DNA from: Mobula hypostoma
Taxonomy: Eukaryota
Direction: 5' to 3'
NCBI RefSeq assembly: GCF_963921235.1
Contig: NC_086108.1
Coordinates: 12,958,001-13,022,000, forward strand
DNA length: 64,000 nucleotides
In this document: piece after piece, positions 1 to 13,964 of the stretch
How positions within the stretch are numbered: position 1 is the stretch's first letter
Layout: each line of letters opens with the position of its first letter
Notes under the pieces: model-generated
The model's input: only the letters and a program-made list of their open reading frames with translations
What the model was told of the DNA's origin: nothing
Database searches by the model: none
Made by a program: the position numbers and the translations under genes

Positions 1-1254
1 AACATTCATTGACACTGTCACCCCTGCTATGACAACATTAATCCCCATTATCACCCCTGGCAATGACAAATTAATCCACACAATCACCCCTGGCTATGAC
101 AATATTAATCCCCATTATCACTCCTGGTAATGACAGACATTAATCCTCACTATCACCCCTGGGTATGACAACTTTAATCCCCACTATCACCATTCGCTAT
201 GACAACATTAATCCTCACTATCAGCACTGGCTATGACTTGATTAATCCCCACCATCACCCCTGCTATGGCAACATTAATCCCCACTATCTACCCTGCTAT
301 GACAACATTAATCCCCACTATCACCCCTGGTAATGACAAACATTAATCCCCACTATCACCCCTGGGTATGACAACATTATTCCCCACTATTACCATTGGC
401 TATGACAACATTAATCCCTACCGTCACCCCTGGTTATGACAACATTAATCCCCACTGTCACTCCTGCTATGACAACATTAATCCCCACTATCACCCCTGG
501 CTATGACAACATTAATTCTCACTATCAACCCTGGCCATGAGAACATTAATCCCCACAATCAGCCCTGGCTATGGCAACATTTATCCCCACTATCCTCTGG
601 CTATAACAACATTAATCCCCACTATCACCATTGGCTATGACAACAGTAATCCCTACTATCACCCCTGACCATGAGAACATTAATCCCCACTATCAACCCT
701 GGCTATGACAACATTAATCCCTTAATCACCCCTGGCTATGACAACATTAATTCCCACTTTCGCCATTGGCTATGACAACATTAATCCCCACTTTCGCCAT
801 TGGCTCTGGCAACATCAATCCCCACTACCACACCTGGCTATGATAACATTCATTCCCACTATCACTCCTGCTTTGACAACATTAATCCCCACTATCACCC
901 CGGCTGTAACAACATTAATCCCCACTATCACCCTGGCTATGACAACATTAATCCCTATTATCACCATTGGCTATGACAATATTAACCCTCACTATCACCC
1001 CCGCTATGAGAACATTAATCCCCACTATCACCCCTGGCTGTGACAACATTAATCCCCACTATCACCCCTGGCTATGACAACATTTATCCCCACTATCACC
1101 CCCGCTATGACAACGTTAATCCCCACTATCACCTTTGGCTTTGGCAACATTTGTCCTCAATATCACCATTGGCTATGACAACATTAATGCCCACTAGCAC
1201 CATTGGTTTTGCCAACATTAATCGCTACTATCACCCCTGGCTATGACAACATTA
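1..1254. repeat. Minisatellite, ~33-34 bp unit (ATGACAACATTAATCCCCACTATCACCCCTGGCT), continuing off the left edge
   Basis: Unit recurs continuously (e.g. tgacaa at 1041, 1075, 1108). It explains the repetitive ORFs 738..1043 and 1040..1246. Confidence 0.97.
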
Positions 1255-1562
1255 AGGAACCACTCTGCATATCTGTAGAAATTTGGTAAGATTTTTGGTG
1301 ACATCCGAAATCTGCTCAAATGTCTAATTATGTAGTCACTGGCATGCAGCACTTCATTGCAGCTCTATAATGCAGAATGTAATCTAATAGAAATATGAAT
1401 TACTGTCAGGGCATGCTCTGGCCTATCACCCTTCATGGTGAACTGATTTCTCCCCTTTATCACTGGGTAGAGTCCTGTGGTGAACTCCTGTGTTGGCCTT
1501 GCCTTCTAGTTCCCTGATGTGTTGTTACCTCTGTCATTTGAAGCCACAAAATTCTTTGTTGT

Positions 1563-4222
1563 TGTTATATTTTTTATTTAACAAAGGCAAACTTGTGTGC
1601 GTTTTCAAATGCTGGAAGATATTTGATTTACAGATTTACAGGATAGCTTCTGTTCAACCACATTTTACTCGGGACCTTCACCTTCGCCCCACCAAGAGCA
1701 TGGGTGTCCCATTCACCAATGTGACTTCCTGTTCCAGGTGAACCACCTGCAATGTCCACTGGGAACTGAAGTTCTTTAGTATGTACACCCATAATAACAC
1801 ATCTTCCTCAATTAAAGAAAACAAACACAATAGTATGTCCTCATAAACCTGTAAGACACAATAATATTTTCCAACAAAGATATTTACATTAACTTAAATT
1901 GTAATGAGCAAATACAGTCCCTGATTCACCCAACCACTCTCAATCTGTCTCTGGCGTGGCTTAATGATCCCTTTTGAACTGCTTTTTGTTTCCACAGATA
2001 TCTTGCTTTCACTTGTTGCATTAATACCAATGTCCATTTGAGAACTCTGATCTACGTGTTAATTTCTTTCACATACTTTTGCAAAATCCTATCTGTTCCA
2101 TCTCTGTTTTTGTTCTTGCTGTGTGACCATAATTCACCTCACTTGCCTCACAATGGAGCCCTGGACTACATACACGTGATCAGTGTGTCTCTGCACAAGT
2201 TCCAACTGAGTCTGTCTGAATTCAGAGGGCTCATTCTGTTGGCTGTGTATCTGAGATCGCAACTCCTCCTGTTGGTTTATGTTGAACTAGTGCATTTGTT
2301 CTAACCTTGGGGATTGCGCATTCTCCCCATCTTCCTTTTTATTTTTCCTCTTCAACTTTGGAGAGAATTTTGGAGATATTTCTGATCTCCAGTCTTTAAC
2401 TGCAAGTCAATGAGAGACAGATTTCGAACCAAAGCTGCATGATGTGGAAACAAGACTGGTGACCACTCATCATGATCTCTCTGTTCAGCACTGGCATCCT
2501 GACTGTCATGCTGGGGTAGTTGGTATGGATGTCTATGGAAGTTGAAGTTCTTGTGCTTTTCTTGCATAACTTCTCTGTACCTCTCAAGGATACTGTTATG
2601 AGTTTCTCAAGTTATCTCAGGCAAGCATCTCAGGCAAGCATCCGAGCCCCTCAAAAACATCTGCGTTCTCTTTTTTGAGTGTTGCCTGGTCGTCTTTGGT
2701 CTGTGAAGCCACAATGAAAACTCTTTCTACCAGAAGCCTTTTGCATGCAGTCAGACCTAATATTGGCAACTCTCTTATCTACAACCAGTAGCTGTGCCTT
2801 TTGGTGCTGTCCTTTGTGCTTGAAGGTCACTATACAGCCTCCTTTTATTGGAAAATTCTCTGCAGTATAGCCCGTCACTTTTAATTTCACTGAGTAAATC
2901 TTGATCTTTACTTTGAGAGTCCCATAAGTTTGGAGATTTGAAATATCATCCATGGATAACAGATTTACCTGGGCTCTGGTGTCAAGCTTGAATGGAATTA
3001 CTGTCTTAATCAGGGTCACTGGAACAATTCATTCAGTTTTACCAGCACCAGCAGTCTGCAGAGAATCTACAAAAGCTTCCTCAATTTCCTCAGCAACAGT
3101 GTGCACCTTCCTCTTGGTAGCCCCAGCTTCATAGCACTTGGCAAAATGATTTTTCTCTCCACAATTATTGCGGGACTTCCCATAAGCAGGACACATCTTT
3201 GAGACGTGCCACGTTTGCTGCACTTACAGATTGAGCCTATCTCTTTGCTATGTTGTTGCTTTAGGAAATACCTTATGCTCTGGCCCTCTGTTTTCACAGC
3301 ATGCACTGTTGTTTCCACTCTGTGCAGCTCCTTAGCTTGTGCTTGTGTGGTCTCTGCTGCCCGATACTGCCTTTTCCAGCGTCAAATCTTTTTCACATTC
3401 TCTGAGTCCATTATCTGAGATTTTGCAGACTATTCTGTCTTTAACTTGTGAGTACCTCAAATCTGCAAACTCATAGGACTTACTCAGTGTGTGAAGCTCA
3501 GCTAAGTATTAGTCAAAGCTAACACTTTGTTTCTGTTCACAGGAAAAGAACTTGTATCTCTCAAGTGTGATATTTTTATGGGACAAAATACTCCTCAAAT
3601 TTTGTCATCAGAGTGTCCAATTTAAAGTCAGTGTCATCAATTTGAAAGCTCCTGTAGATGTCCAAAGCATCTTCACCAATTACGTGTACAAAGATAGATG
3701 CTTTCAGTTTTTCCTCTGCACCTCTGTTGCTGCTAAATATATATTGAACTGCTGTTTGAAGCATTTCCAATTATCAGTTAGTTTGCCAGAAAACTGCTTA
3801 GATTATCCATAAGAGTTTGTCCGTGCTTCTCTCACTGAATCCCTTGTTGAACTTCGAGACAGTATCCTCTCTCGCAGGCAGCCTCTCTCCTCTTCGTCAG
3901 AACCTAGAGACTCATTCTTACTTGCTCGCGGTATTCAACTAGGCTTCACATTTAGACCTCATGCCGACTCCTGCCACAATGTTATGTTTCTTCTTTAACA
4001 AAGACAACCTTGCTTGGGTTTTCAAACGCTAGAACATATATTACTTACCAATTTACAGAATGGCTTCAGCTTGACCATATCTTACTGAAGACCTTCAGCC
4101 CAGCAAGAGCGTACAGTACGTGTGTGCATGCGCGTGTCTCCTGTTCACCAATGTCACTTCCCATTCCAGGTGAATTGCATACTGGGCAATGAAATTCTTT
4201 ATGATGTACACACATAATAACA
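1563..4222 (-). mobile_element. Internally deleted, decayed Ty3/Gypsy LTR retrotransposon
   Basis: Two related LTRs, 1563-1799 and 3980-4222, both TGTTAT...ATAACA. Minus-strand gag remnant (IGEDALDIY...KFEEYFVP), Zn knuckle (CPAYGKSRNNCGEKNHFAKC) and protease-like FKLDTRAQVNLL. A degenerate tRNA-Leu-like PBS lies at ~3962-3979 and a purine tract at ~1801-1814. No RT motif seen. Confidence 0.85.
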
Positions 4223-5029
4223 CAGGTGTCATGAACCAACTCAACTTTTTCTGAATAGCTTCTTCCCCTGCACCATCAGATCTCTGAACACTTCCGTAAA
4301 TGTTGACTGTTCGTTTCCATGGATGCTACCCGACCTGCTGAATTCCTCCAGCGTTTTGTGCGTGTTGCTTTGACCCCAGCATCTGCAGAATATTTTGTGT
4401 CCATAAACTATTTGGCTTTTTTTCATTATTTATTTATTTTTCATTTATTTCTTATTGTGACTCATAGTGATTTATAAGTATTGCACTGTACTGCTGCTTC
4501 AGAACAATAAATTTCATAGGATATTTCAGTGATAATAAATTTGATTCGAACCAACATATAAATTAGTTGGTGGACAACATCAGTGTTCCTCTTCTCTTCT
4601 GATGCTGGACAACAACATGTACATTATTGCTGATGATCCCCTGAGGAGAAATCTCTGTACTCACCTCAGGGATCACAAGCATGGGATTCAGATTGAGATT
4701 CACTTGTTTATCACATACAGTGGAATGTGTCATTTGCATTAACAGCCAACACAACTAACAATGTGCTGAGCGCAGCCCGCAAGTGTCACCACACATTCTG
4801 GTGCCAGTGTAGCTTGCTCACAATGCTCAGCAGAGCAACACAGAACACAACAACAGCAAAATAATCCCTGTCCCCTACTCACTTTCCCTCACACATGGAC
4901 TGTCGTTAACCCCAGGCCTTGTCCATTGATCTTCATCTTTGCCTTTTTTTCTCTCTCTTTTTATTTCTCTATAACTCTTTCTCTCTCTATTTCTATTTCT
5001 CTACATCTCTCTCTATCTCTCTTCCAGCC

Positions 5030-5275
5030 CTTCAGCTGCACTGCCTGGCAATACCCCGATTTAATCCTATTCTAATCCTGAGGCAATTTACAATGACCAA
5101 TTAACCTACCAACCCGTATGCCTTTGGACTGTGGGGGGAAACTGGAGCACCTGGAGGAAACCCATGCAGCCACGGGGAGAAGATACAAACTCTTTACAGG
5201 CAGCGGTGGGAACTGAACCGGGGTTCCTGGTACTGCAAATTATTGTGTGAACCGTGACGCTTCTGTGCTGCGCCA
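5030..5275 (-). mobile_element. tRNA-derived V-SINE-like element
   Basis: Minus strand carries the core GTTTGTATCTTCTCCCCGTGGCTGCATGGGTTTCCTCCAGGTGCTCCAGTTTCCCCCCACAGTCCAAAG. Related copies lie at ~6650-6865, ~7590-7790, ~14905-15150 and ~62075-62160 (all +). Confidence 0.75.
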
Positions 5276-6224
5276 AGACCGGAAAGTATGAATCTTGCAT
5301 TGAACCTTGGAGAGTCTGCGACAAACAGAGCACTATGGTAAATCTAATGCCCAGAGCAGTAAAAAGAAAGGTTAATTTTAATTAACAACTGAAAACTTTG
5401 TACAGATTTCACCCGGCCCCACTCTGTGTGTGGTGTTAAGTACACATGCACATTAGGAAGAGCGAGCCTTCCTATCTTAACTTCTAGGCAAGCTGGCACT
5501 GAACTTTGCTCTCCGTCAAGGTCATGGTTCAGGCTTTGTGTTATTTTTAAAGTTCAAATCTCAAAGTACATTTATTATCAAAGTATATATAAATTATACA
5601 ACCTTGAGATTCATCTCCTTACAGGCAGCCATAAAACAAAGAAACCCGAAAGAATCCAATAGAAATTAAAGAAGACCATCAAACACCCAGTGTGCAGAGA
5701 GAGAAGAAGAAAACAAATTGTGCAAACGATAAAAGCAAGACAACAGCACTCTGAACTGAAGTTCACAAAGCCGGGCATCAATGCAGCTGATCCAGATAAG
5801 ATTTGGAGCAGAATTAGGCCATTTGCCCTATCGAGTCTGCTCTGGCATTTCATCATGGCCGATCCATTTTCCCTCTCAGCCCCAATCTCCTGCCTTCTCT
5901 CTGTATCCCTACAGGCCTTGACCAATCACAAATAGGGTCCATTTCTGCACTGTTGCATGTAATGATGTTGAGATAGGTGGGTTGCTGGGTGGCGTGGCTC
6001 ATTGGGCTGGAGGGGCCTGTTTCGCAATGTACCTGGAAATAAATGATGCCACATTGAACAACACCATCACCTAGTTTACAGAAGTTCCCTTATCAACACG
6101 GAGCCAGTGTGGTAGGCTCTCAGTCTCCTATGTTTGAGCTCTCTCCCAGCCTGGCCAGCCCCTCCCTGTAACTCATGATCATCTGTTGCAGACCCGTGTG
6201 GTCACCCTGACACTTCGCAGAACA

Positions 6225-7095
6225 CAGAACAGTGCCCGCACAGTACAGGTCCTTCAGCCCACCATGCTGTGCTATCACTTTAACCTACTCTGAGATCAAT
6301 CTACCCCTTCCTTCCCGCATAACCCTCCACCTTGTGTATCCATGCGCCTATCTAAGAGGCTGCTAAATGTCCCTAATGCATCTGTCTCTACCACCACCCC
6401 AAAAAGCATGTTCCGTGTCCTTTTACTCTCTACCCTTTAAAATCTACCTCTGACATCTTCTTCATACATCCTCCAATCACCTTATAATTATGCCCTCTTG
6501 TATTAGCCAATTCCACCCCAGGAAACATCACTGGCAGTCAACTTGATCTATGCCTCTTATCATCTTGTACATTCTGTCACGTCACCTCTTCGTTCCAGAA
6601 AGGAAAGCCCCAGCTGACTCAACCTTTTCTCAATAGACTATGCTCTCGGAAATGGCACGATAGTGTAGCAGTTAACGTAACATTATCACAGCACAGCAAG
6701 CACGGTTCAACTCTGACGCGGTCCGTGTGGATTTCCTCCAGGAGTTCCGGCCTCCCCCACCCCACTCCAAATATGTACAGGTTAGTAATCAATAGGTCCC
6801 ATGGGTGTACTTGGGCTGCACAGGCTCATTGGGTCAGAAGAGCCTGTTACTGTGGTGTATCTCTAATTAACAAAAAATAAATCCAGGCAGCATCCTGGTC
6901 AATCTCCTCTGCAGGCTCTCTAAAGCTTCCACATCCTTCCTATAGTGAGGCGACCAGAACTGAACACAATACTTCAAGTGTGGTCTAACCAGGGTTTTAT
7001 AGAGCTGCAACATTATCTCGCAGCTCTTGAGTTCAATCCCCCAGCTAATGAAGGTCAACACACCAGACGCCTTGTTAAGCACCCTATCAACTCGT
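6225..7095 (-). mobile_element. CR1 LINE 3' fragment interrupted by a SINE (~6650-6865)
   Basis: ORF 6867..7082 (LYKTLVRPHLKYCVQFWSPHYRKDV) is the CR1 ORF2 C-terminal motif. The CR1 tail is at ~6225-6260. Confidence 0.8.
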
Positions 7096-9231
7096 GTTGA
7101 ACCATAGAGGGATTGTTGATGTCCTTGTAGCCACTATATGATGATTGTGTGCACTGGTCTGCAGGTACTGATGACTGTGACGATAGCAGCCTAGTTCCCT
7201 TTGTGCTCTTGTGTTCACTAGGTTCTGGTCACAGCCTCAGGCCAGCACAGAGACACGCAGACCCCATTGAGCAGCGAGCCGAGCTAGCCCATCTCTCACC
7301 TCCACCCCTATAGATGTGACAGAGAGAGGGGAGTTAGGGGTCAGGTTGGGGCTTAGCGACAGGGATGTGAAGGAGTTCGTGGTAGGCCAGAGTCCAGGCC
7401 AGTGATGTGGGTGGGTGATGAGGGACTTCTGTGGACACCGGGCTGTCCCTGGATCACAGATCCGTGCGAGCAGGAGGCACAAGGGCCGGTGAATTGATGA
7501 CTGCAGACTTCGGGTCCCATTGTCAGTTAATCTGGGGGTTCATACCGGTGACTGAATCAAGAAGATCAACTGGAAGCCCTGAAGGCAGCACAGAGTTTGT
7601 AAGTTCTCCCTGTGACCGTGTGGGTTTCCTCCAGGTGCTCTGGTTTCCTCCCACTGTCCAAAGACAGTGGGAGGAGGGTTAATTGGTTATTGTGAATTGT
7701 CCCGTGATTAGGCTGGGATTAAATGGGGGGTTTGCAGGGCGGTGTACCTCGAAGGGCTGGAAGAGTCTGCTCCACGCTGTATCTGAGTAAATAAATCCCC
7801 TTCCTGGGAATGTTGGATTAGGTGTCATTATGAATCATCTTGTGCATTAATCATGCTCCCAGTATTGTTCTATTCCCAACATTCTGAATGGCATTTCCAA
7901 CTGCAGCTCTTCAGTGTAAATGGAGTTGAGCAAGGAACACCAGTCTGAGCTCTCATTTCTAATTCTCCACCTGCTCTGATCGTAGGCACACAATTACTAT
8001 ATGATCCTGTCTGTGGGCTCCCTCCTCAACATAGCTTTGATCCTTTGTCGGATTAGCCCACAAGTCCAATCAGCCAGGTTCAAAAGAAAGAGAGGTTGAA
8101 GTTAGTTGGAGTCACTAACCCTGATGGAATCTAGGATGTTGTGCGGAGACAATGCCTGGATGTTTTTAGACGTCTTTAGGACATGAACGTACCTGTCGTT
8201 CTGGCCATACTCAATTGTCCCTGTGACATAATGGAGACTGATTGTCTAAGCTTGCTTATTGTTGGCACTGGTTTCAGTCCATCTGCGCATTTTGTTTGCG
8301 TGGGGGGGTGGGGCAGTGGTATTAATGCTTTACTTTGATCTGGTTATATAGTGTTTCTTTGTTTTGTGGTTGTCTGGAGAAGACAATTCTCAGAGTTGTA
8401 TTCTGCATTTATACATTGTTAATTAATGTACCTTGAACTTTGAATCTTGAACCTTGATCCCTGCTGAATCACCAGGAAGTGTGTATATGCCTCATTCCCT
8501 GGAGGGAGCAGGTTCTTTGAAGACAGCAAGAGAGAGAGATCGGATATCTACATTTTCCAGACGAAACGCTTGAGCTGTTCTGTACCAGTAAGGTTGCAGT
8601 GTCTGATGTTTCCACTTCATATCGATGGTCACTTCTGACCAGACACTGAATGCTGACAGGAACCTGCAGGTGCAGAACGGCTGCACGATGTTCCTCACTC
8701 ATCTGCTGAACTGCTCACTGTAGCCCCTGTACTGAGTCCTAATAACCCAGGGCTCCAACTACTGCCGCAGATCCTGGCCCTTGGCCTATCTGTCCTCATC
8801 TGTAGAGCCACGTAGTGTGGCTCCCTATTGCACTGTTGCTGTCAGCTTCAGTTACAATCGGCTGACGGCAGGGCTTCATCAGAACTTAAGGTGAACCCAT
8901 CCCAGCAGAGAGCGAGCCAGCAGTGTGTTGCAGTAAGCACAATGATTGATGGCGTTGGTGTAGCAACACCTGGTCTATTTTACAGCCCAACAAGGTGTCC
9001 AACAGGAAAAGACAAACTTCTGAGAGAGTCAGACTTGAATCAGATGAATTTTCAAGTGAGGTTAATGAAAAAATTCCAGGGGTAGAACTACTCATGGCAG
9101 TGACTGAAACGACCTCATACAGTTTAGCACAAAGACCAGAACAATATGATCAGTATATCACAGGTTATAGTTAATCTGCATCTTGCCAGCTCCTTTCCTT
9201 TCCCAAGCCTTTAGAGTGGGCATATCACACA

Positions 9232-9967
9232 AATCAGAATCAGGTTTAATATCACCGACATAGGTTGTGAAATGTGTTGTTTTTGGAGCAGCAGTACAAT
9301 TCAATACATAATAATAGATAAAATACTGTGAATTACATTAAGTATATATATTAAATAGTTAAATTAAATAAGTATTGCAAAAATAAAAAAGTTAAAAACA
9401 TAGTGAGATCGTGTTCAATGTCCATTCAGAAATTGGATGTCGGAGGGGAGGAAGCTGTTCCTGAATAATTGAGTGTGCACCTTCAGGCTTCTGTATCCCC
9501 TCCCTGATGGTAACAGTGGGAACAAGGCATATCCTAGGTGGTGGGGATGCTTAATGATGGATGCCAACTTTCTGAGGCACTGCTCCTTGAAAATGTCCTA
9601 GATAATACAGAGGCTAGTGCCCGTGATGGAGCTGAGTAAGTTAACAAGTCTCTGCAACTTATTTCAATCCTGTGCAATGCACCCCTGTCCCCACCATACC
9701 AGATGTTGAAGCAGCCAGTGAGAATGTTCTTCATGGTACACCTGTAGAAATTTGTGAGCGTCTTTGGTGATATACCAAATCTCCTCAATCTCCTAATGAA
9801 AAATAGCCACTGACGTGCCTTCTTTGTAGCTGAATCAATATATTGGGCCCAGGATAGATCCTCAATGATACTGACAAACAGGAACTTTTTCCATTTCTGA
9901 TCCCTCTATGAGGACTGGTGTGTGCTCCCTTCCTGAAGTCCACAATCAATTCTTTGGTCTCACTGAC
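9232..9967 (-). mobile_element. Rex/Babar-like LINE 3' fragment
   Basis: ORF 9534..9788 (RRFGISPKTLTNFYRCTMKNILTGCFNIWYG) and the tail aatcagaatcaggtttaatatcacc, which is shared by many copies in the window. Confidence 0.8.
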
Positions 9968-10587
9968 AAATTCCAGTCAGAGTCTGCTTAACCAGCCACA
10001 CAATGGCAGAGTTTTGTGTCCTGGCACAGTCCAGATGCAGGAACAGGACCTGCAGCCCATCACCTTCTTCCCCGACGTTGTTTTGGGACCGAGTAATTGA
10101 TGTATTTCTCTGATTTACTCCCCTGTGTCAGCCTGTGTTTGCCCTGTGGGTGGCAGTGTACACAGGAATGTCAGAGGCCATTCCTGGGATCTGAAATTCC
10201 TTCCCCAAACCAACACATCAAAGACATCTCCTGCTGTAATGTTTCAAGGCAGCTGGGGCCAAATTTTCTCCAATATATCCTGGGGTATCTTCTATAGTGA
10301 ATACCATTGAAAGTTATTGGGTAGATTGTTTGAATTTACATTTCTTACTGGATAAAGTAAAACAAAATTAGAAACTAGTTTTTCATGACAGGTTAGGTAT
10401 GGAGTGAAGCTTTCTCTAATACCAAGGGTTCTCAACCTTATCTATGCTACAGACCCCTTCCATTAACCAAGGTGTCCATGGACCCAGTTTGGAACCCCCT
10501 GCTCTATTACATTCCTAAGGTAGGGACAGTACATTAGACAGGCTTCTATGGTGTCCTGTGCTACATTTCACAAAGCAGGGATGGTTT

Positions 10588-11215
10588 TCAAAGTGGGAGG
10601 AGAAGATGGCGGCGCGCCTGCGTGTGCGCAGCCCTCCGGTGAAAAATGATATCGTATCTGTTAAATAGGGGCCATGGACAATTCTGATTTGATGGAGAAT
10701 GGACGTGAAAGCACAGAGGAACATCTGGAGAAATTTCTGAAACGCTCGGCCGCTGCTGTCGTTACTGTGTGGTCGGGAATCTTTCGGAGGGTAGGTCACA
10801 AAATCCCCAGCTTTGCCTGCTGTTGGTGACCTAGAAGGAGGTCGAATCGTCCGGACAGAGATAGCGCTCGGTACTCAGTGTCGGAGAGCTGATCAGAGCT
10901 CAAAGTTTTCGGATGACTCAGAGTCGGATTGTGGTCGGCATGGCAGGGAGAGTTTTTCTTCCTTCTCCTGTCTGCGTGAGATGTGGGACATTTGAGAAAC
11001 TTTGAACTTTACTGTGCTCATGGACTTCTTCATCAAGTTATGGTATTATTACACTGTTTGTAATTATATGTTATAATAATGTGGTTTTGTCAGTTTTTTC
11101 AGTCTTGGTCTGTCCTGTGTTTTGTGATATCACACCAGAGGAAATAATGTATCATTTCTTAATGCATGCATTACTAAATGACAATAAAAGAGGACTACGT
11201 GTCTTCATAATCTAA
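10588..11215 (+). mobile_element. ~630-bp non-coding interspersed element with AAGATGGCGGCG head (copy 1)
   Basis: Colinear with 51027-51696, from CAAAGTG.GAGGAGAAGATGGCGGCG to AATAAAAGAGGACT.CGTGTC.TCATAAT.TAA. Confidence 0.85.
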
Positions 11216-11905
11216 AAAAAAGTACATTTATGCATACATTATACAACCTTGAGATTTATCTTCTTACAAGAAGCCATGAAACAAAGAAACCCAAAAGAAT
11301 CCATTAAAAAAAAGACCATCAAACATCCAGTGTGCAGAAAAAAAGACAATTTGTGGAAGCAATAAACGCAAGCAAATAGCATTGAGAGCTGTAGTCCATG
11401 GACCTTTAGCTTGGCTCAGAGTGAAGCAGCAAGCTGAACTGGCCCATCCCTTGTCTCTGGTCTCGACACCATGACCTTTTCAGTCTGCTCCGGCGTTTAA
11501 ATTGTCGCCCGTACGTCGGGATCAGTAATTTCAGTACACTTTTGGGGCCTGGACCCTGCTAATCAGTAACGGACCTTTCTGATTCGGCCCAGCACTTAAA
11601 TCAATTGAACCTTGGGTCTTCCTTGCTCTCGACAACAGGCCCACTGCCTCGGTTCTGCCACATCCAATTACCTCCAAGTCCAAAGGGAAGTTGCAGGCGA
11701 CTGTTTGCGATGCTCATTTGGCAGAAAAAGAGTGATTACAAAGTATTTATTTGTTTCCTCTGTTTGCTCGACCACCAGCCAGAAATTGCTGCGATTCAGC
11801 AGGGCCATCGTAAGCCGGAGGTTGTTTTTTTGAGTTGATTGCTGAGAAAAACACTGAATCGGAGACCCTGGAGTGGACGCATCTGCAACAGCAGCCGTGT
11901 GAGGC
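11216..11905 (-). mobile_element. Non-autonomous LINE-tailed element (family also at ~5545-5790 and ~18455-18900)
   Basis: Shared block ttatacaaccttgagatt.atct.cttaca...agcca..aaacaaagaaaccc.aaagaa...gaccatc.aaca.ccagtgtgca is present in all three copies. Confidence 0.7.
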
Positions 11906-12154
11906 ATCCTGTCGAGCTGACGGCCGGTGGCGGAGACAGGAATGCCATTACAGAAACTGGAGGCTATTTCTGGGCCCTTTCAGGGGAGGCTGAGAGACCC
12001 AGGATGTGGCTGGTTAATTCCCCATGGACCTCACACACACACAGTGAATGTCCCTTCACGCCCCAGTGACTGGCCCAGGACCGTCACACACCTTCGGCTA
12101 TACAGAGTGGAGTAATTCTCGCTAGCATGGGTAAAGACCCAGAGAGCGGAGCAA

Positions 12155-12983
12155 AGTCAAGATGGCGCTAAACGGCGATTTCTTTGCTTGCATCTTTGGA
12201 AACAGCTCTATTTCTACCTTTAATATCTCTTCTTTCCCTTTTCAAGGTTCATTGGAAGACCCTGACTTGGAGTTGCACTCTGACCAGTTCCTTGCGGGAA
12301 TGGGACCCACTCTCAGGGCCTCGTGACCAGCCACTTTTTGATATCCCAAGGACGCAGTCAGAAAGACTAGCGTGCCTTCGGGATGCCGGATTTTCGCGGC
12401 TCTGGGGAAGTGCTGATTCAAGGCTGGTGCCTCTGAGGCATCGCGGGAGAACACAGAACATCGGGAGCAGCGGGTTAGCTGCCGGGGGTTGTGTGTCCAG
12501 AGACCTGAGCCTTTCTGGGGCCGATTCTCTGGGCGCAGACCTCGGAAAAAGCGATGCAACAGACTTTTAACATCATAAATCAGTGAGGTGTTTGTTATGT
12601 CTCCCCTCTCACTGTGAATTGGGGACACCCTTTTTCCCCTTATTAGAGAGAGAGGGAGCCTGTGGTCGAATTACCGGGTCTTTGGGGTACTGCAAGTCTG
12701 TGTCTTTATTGATGGTTTACTGCGCGCTGGCGTACTCGGTGGAGGGCGCCGATGCTTTTTTGCTGGTGGGGGTGTGGGGGGGGAGTGTTTTGCTTTGCTG
12801 CTGCTTGTGCGTGAGAGGGGGAGCTGGGGGGGGGTGCTTTGGGATTCTAACTTTTAACTGTCCTTCATTCTTTGGGGCACTCCTCTGCTTTTGTGGATTT
12901 GTGGATATTTGTGAAAAAAAGAATATAAGGATATATATTGTATACATTTTTCCGATATTAAATGTACCTATTGAATCTACTGA
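12155..12983 (+). mobile_element. ~830-bp non-coding element with AAGATGGCG head (related to minus-strand copies at ~19705-20940 and ~43120-43988)
   Basis: Head gtcaagatggcg, internal GA/G-rich tracts, and a 3' end similar to the reverse complement of 19705-19870 and 43125-43330. Confidence 0.65.
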
Positions 12984-13242
12984 GACACCTCCTCCAGCCA
13001 GAAGAGCTGGGGTTGGCAACACTCAAGTTCACCCACACTTATTGTGAAAACAAATCATCTCCCCAACCCTTCAGAGACAAAATGCAAGAAGAAACAGAGG
13101 CCAATTTATTAGGCTTTCCCTTGGAGTAGTGGGGCCCTTGATTGGCGGTACTCTCTATACACACTGTCCCATACGCCTGCCACAGTAGCAGGTGTGACCA
13201 CTCTGGGGGAGGGCACTTCCTGCCACCTTCCCCTTTGCTTTC

Positions 13243-13280
13243 CAGTCCTGAAGAAGGGTCTTGGCCTGAAACGTTGACTG
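13243..13280 (+). ncRNA. Minimal hammerhead-ribozyme-like motif in a Penelope terminal repeat
   Basis: CAGTC-CTGAAGA-A-GGGTCTTGGCCT-GAAA-CG-TT-GACTG: perfect stem I (CAGTC/GACTG), CUGANGA and GAAA boxes, a short stem II and palindromic ACGT at stem III. Confidence 0.6.
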
Positions 13281-13964
13281 TTTACTCTTTTCCATCGATG
13301 CTGCCTGGCCTGCTGAGTGTGTTGCAAGGGGCTGAAATGTTCCTGTAGTTAGATGGGAGTTGGGTTAATGATTAGATCAGGAACAGTATGCTGAAGTAAA
13401 GGATTAGCCACAATCTTATTTACCAACCAAGTGCACTGACTGGTTTACTCCTCATAGTTCATTCGATGAATCATATTCATAGATCATCTGAATACAAATA
13501 ACATTTTGAGTCATCTGGAACCTTCCCAGAATCTAGGGAATTTTGGAAAGCTGTAACAAACACAACTATCTCTCTGTCACTTTCAGAACCCCCAGATGGA
13601 ATCCATCAGGGTCTGGGGACTTTCTTACGGTTCCAACAATTTGTCAGTCAGTACTAAGAAATAAATACCAAATGTTGGAAAACTTCACCCTGTCAGGCTG
13701 CTTCTGTGGGAAGTGAAACTGTCATCATCTCAGGTCGATGACCGTCAGTTCTGTGTCCCAATCTGATGAGGATTTTCAGAGCTTTCTGTCTGAGTTTCCA
13801 TCTCCAATATTTAGAGGTTTTGATTTTACAGTACTGTTGTCCCAGTAATGGCAACTTTCGCAAATTCCTCCCTCCATTTTGTGGCCGTGGCTCACTGCCA
13901 TAGGATGAAGTTGTGTGACTTTCATGGCTCCTCTGTGATACCTCTTGGTGACATACAGGAAACC

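Noticed and set aside
1..1254. CRISPR-like array, or a repetitive protein (ORFs 738..1246)
   Set aside because: The units are contiguous and degenerate with no unique spacers or cas genes, and the context is eukaryotic. The ORFs are by-products of the minisatellite.
8469..9095. Short ORFs in apparently unique sequence, as possible exons of a neighbouring gene
   Set aside because: No recognisable domain and no convincing acceptor/donor pair.
10097..10310. Cys-rich ORF as the missing upstream LTBP Cys-rich exon
   Set aside because: Cysteine spacing does not fit the NVCG..CC.GW pattern and there are no suitable splice sites.
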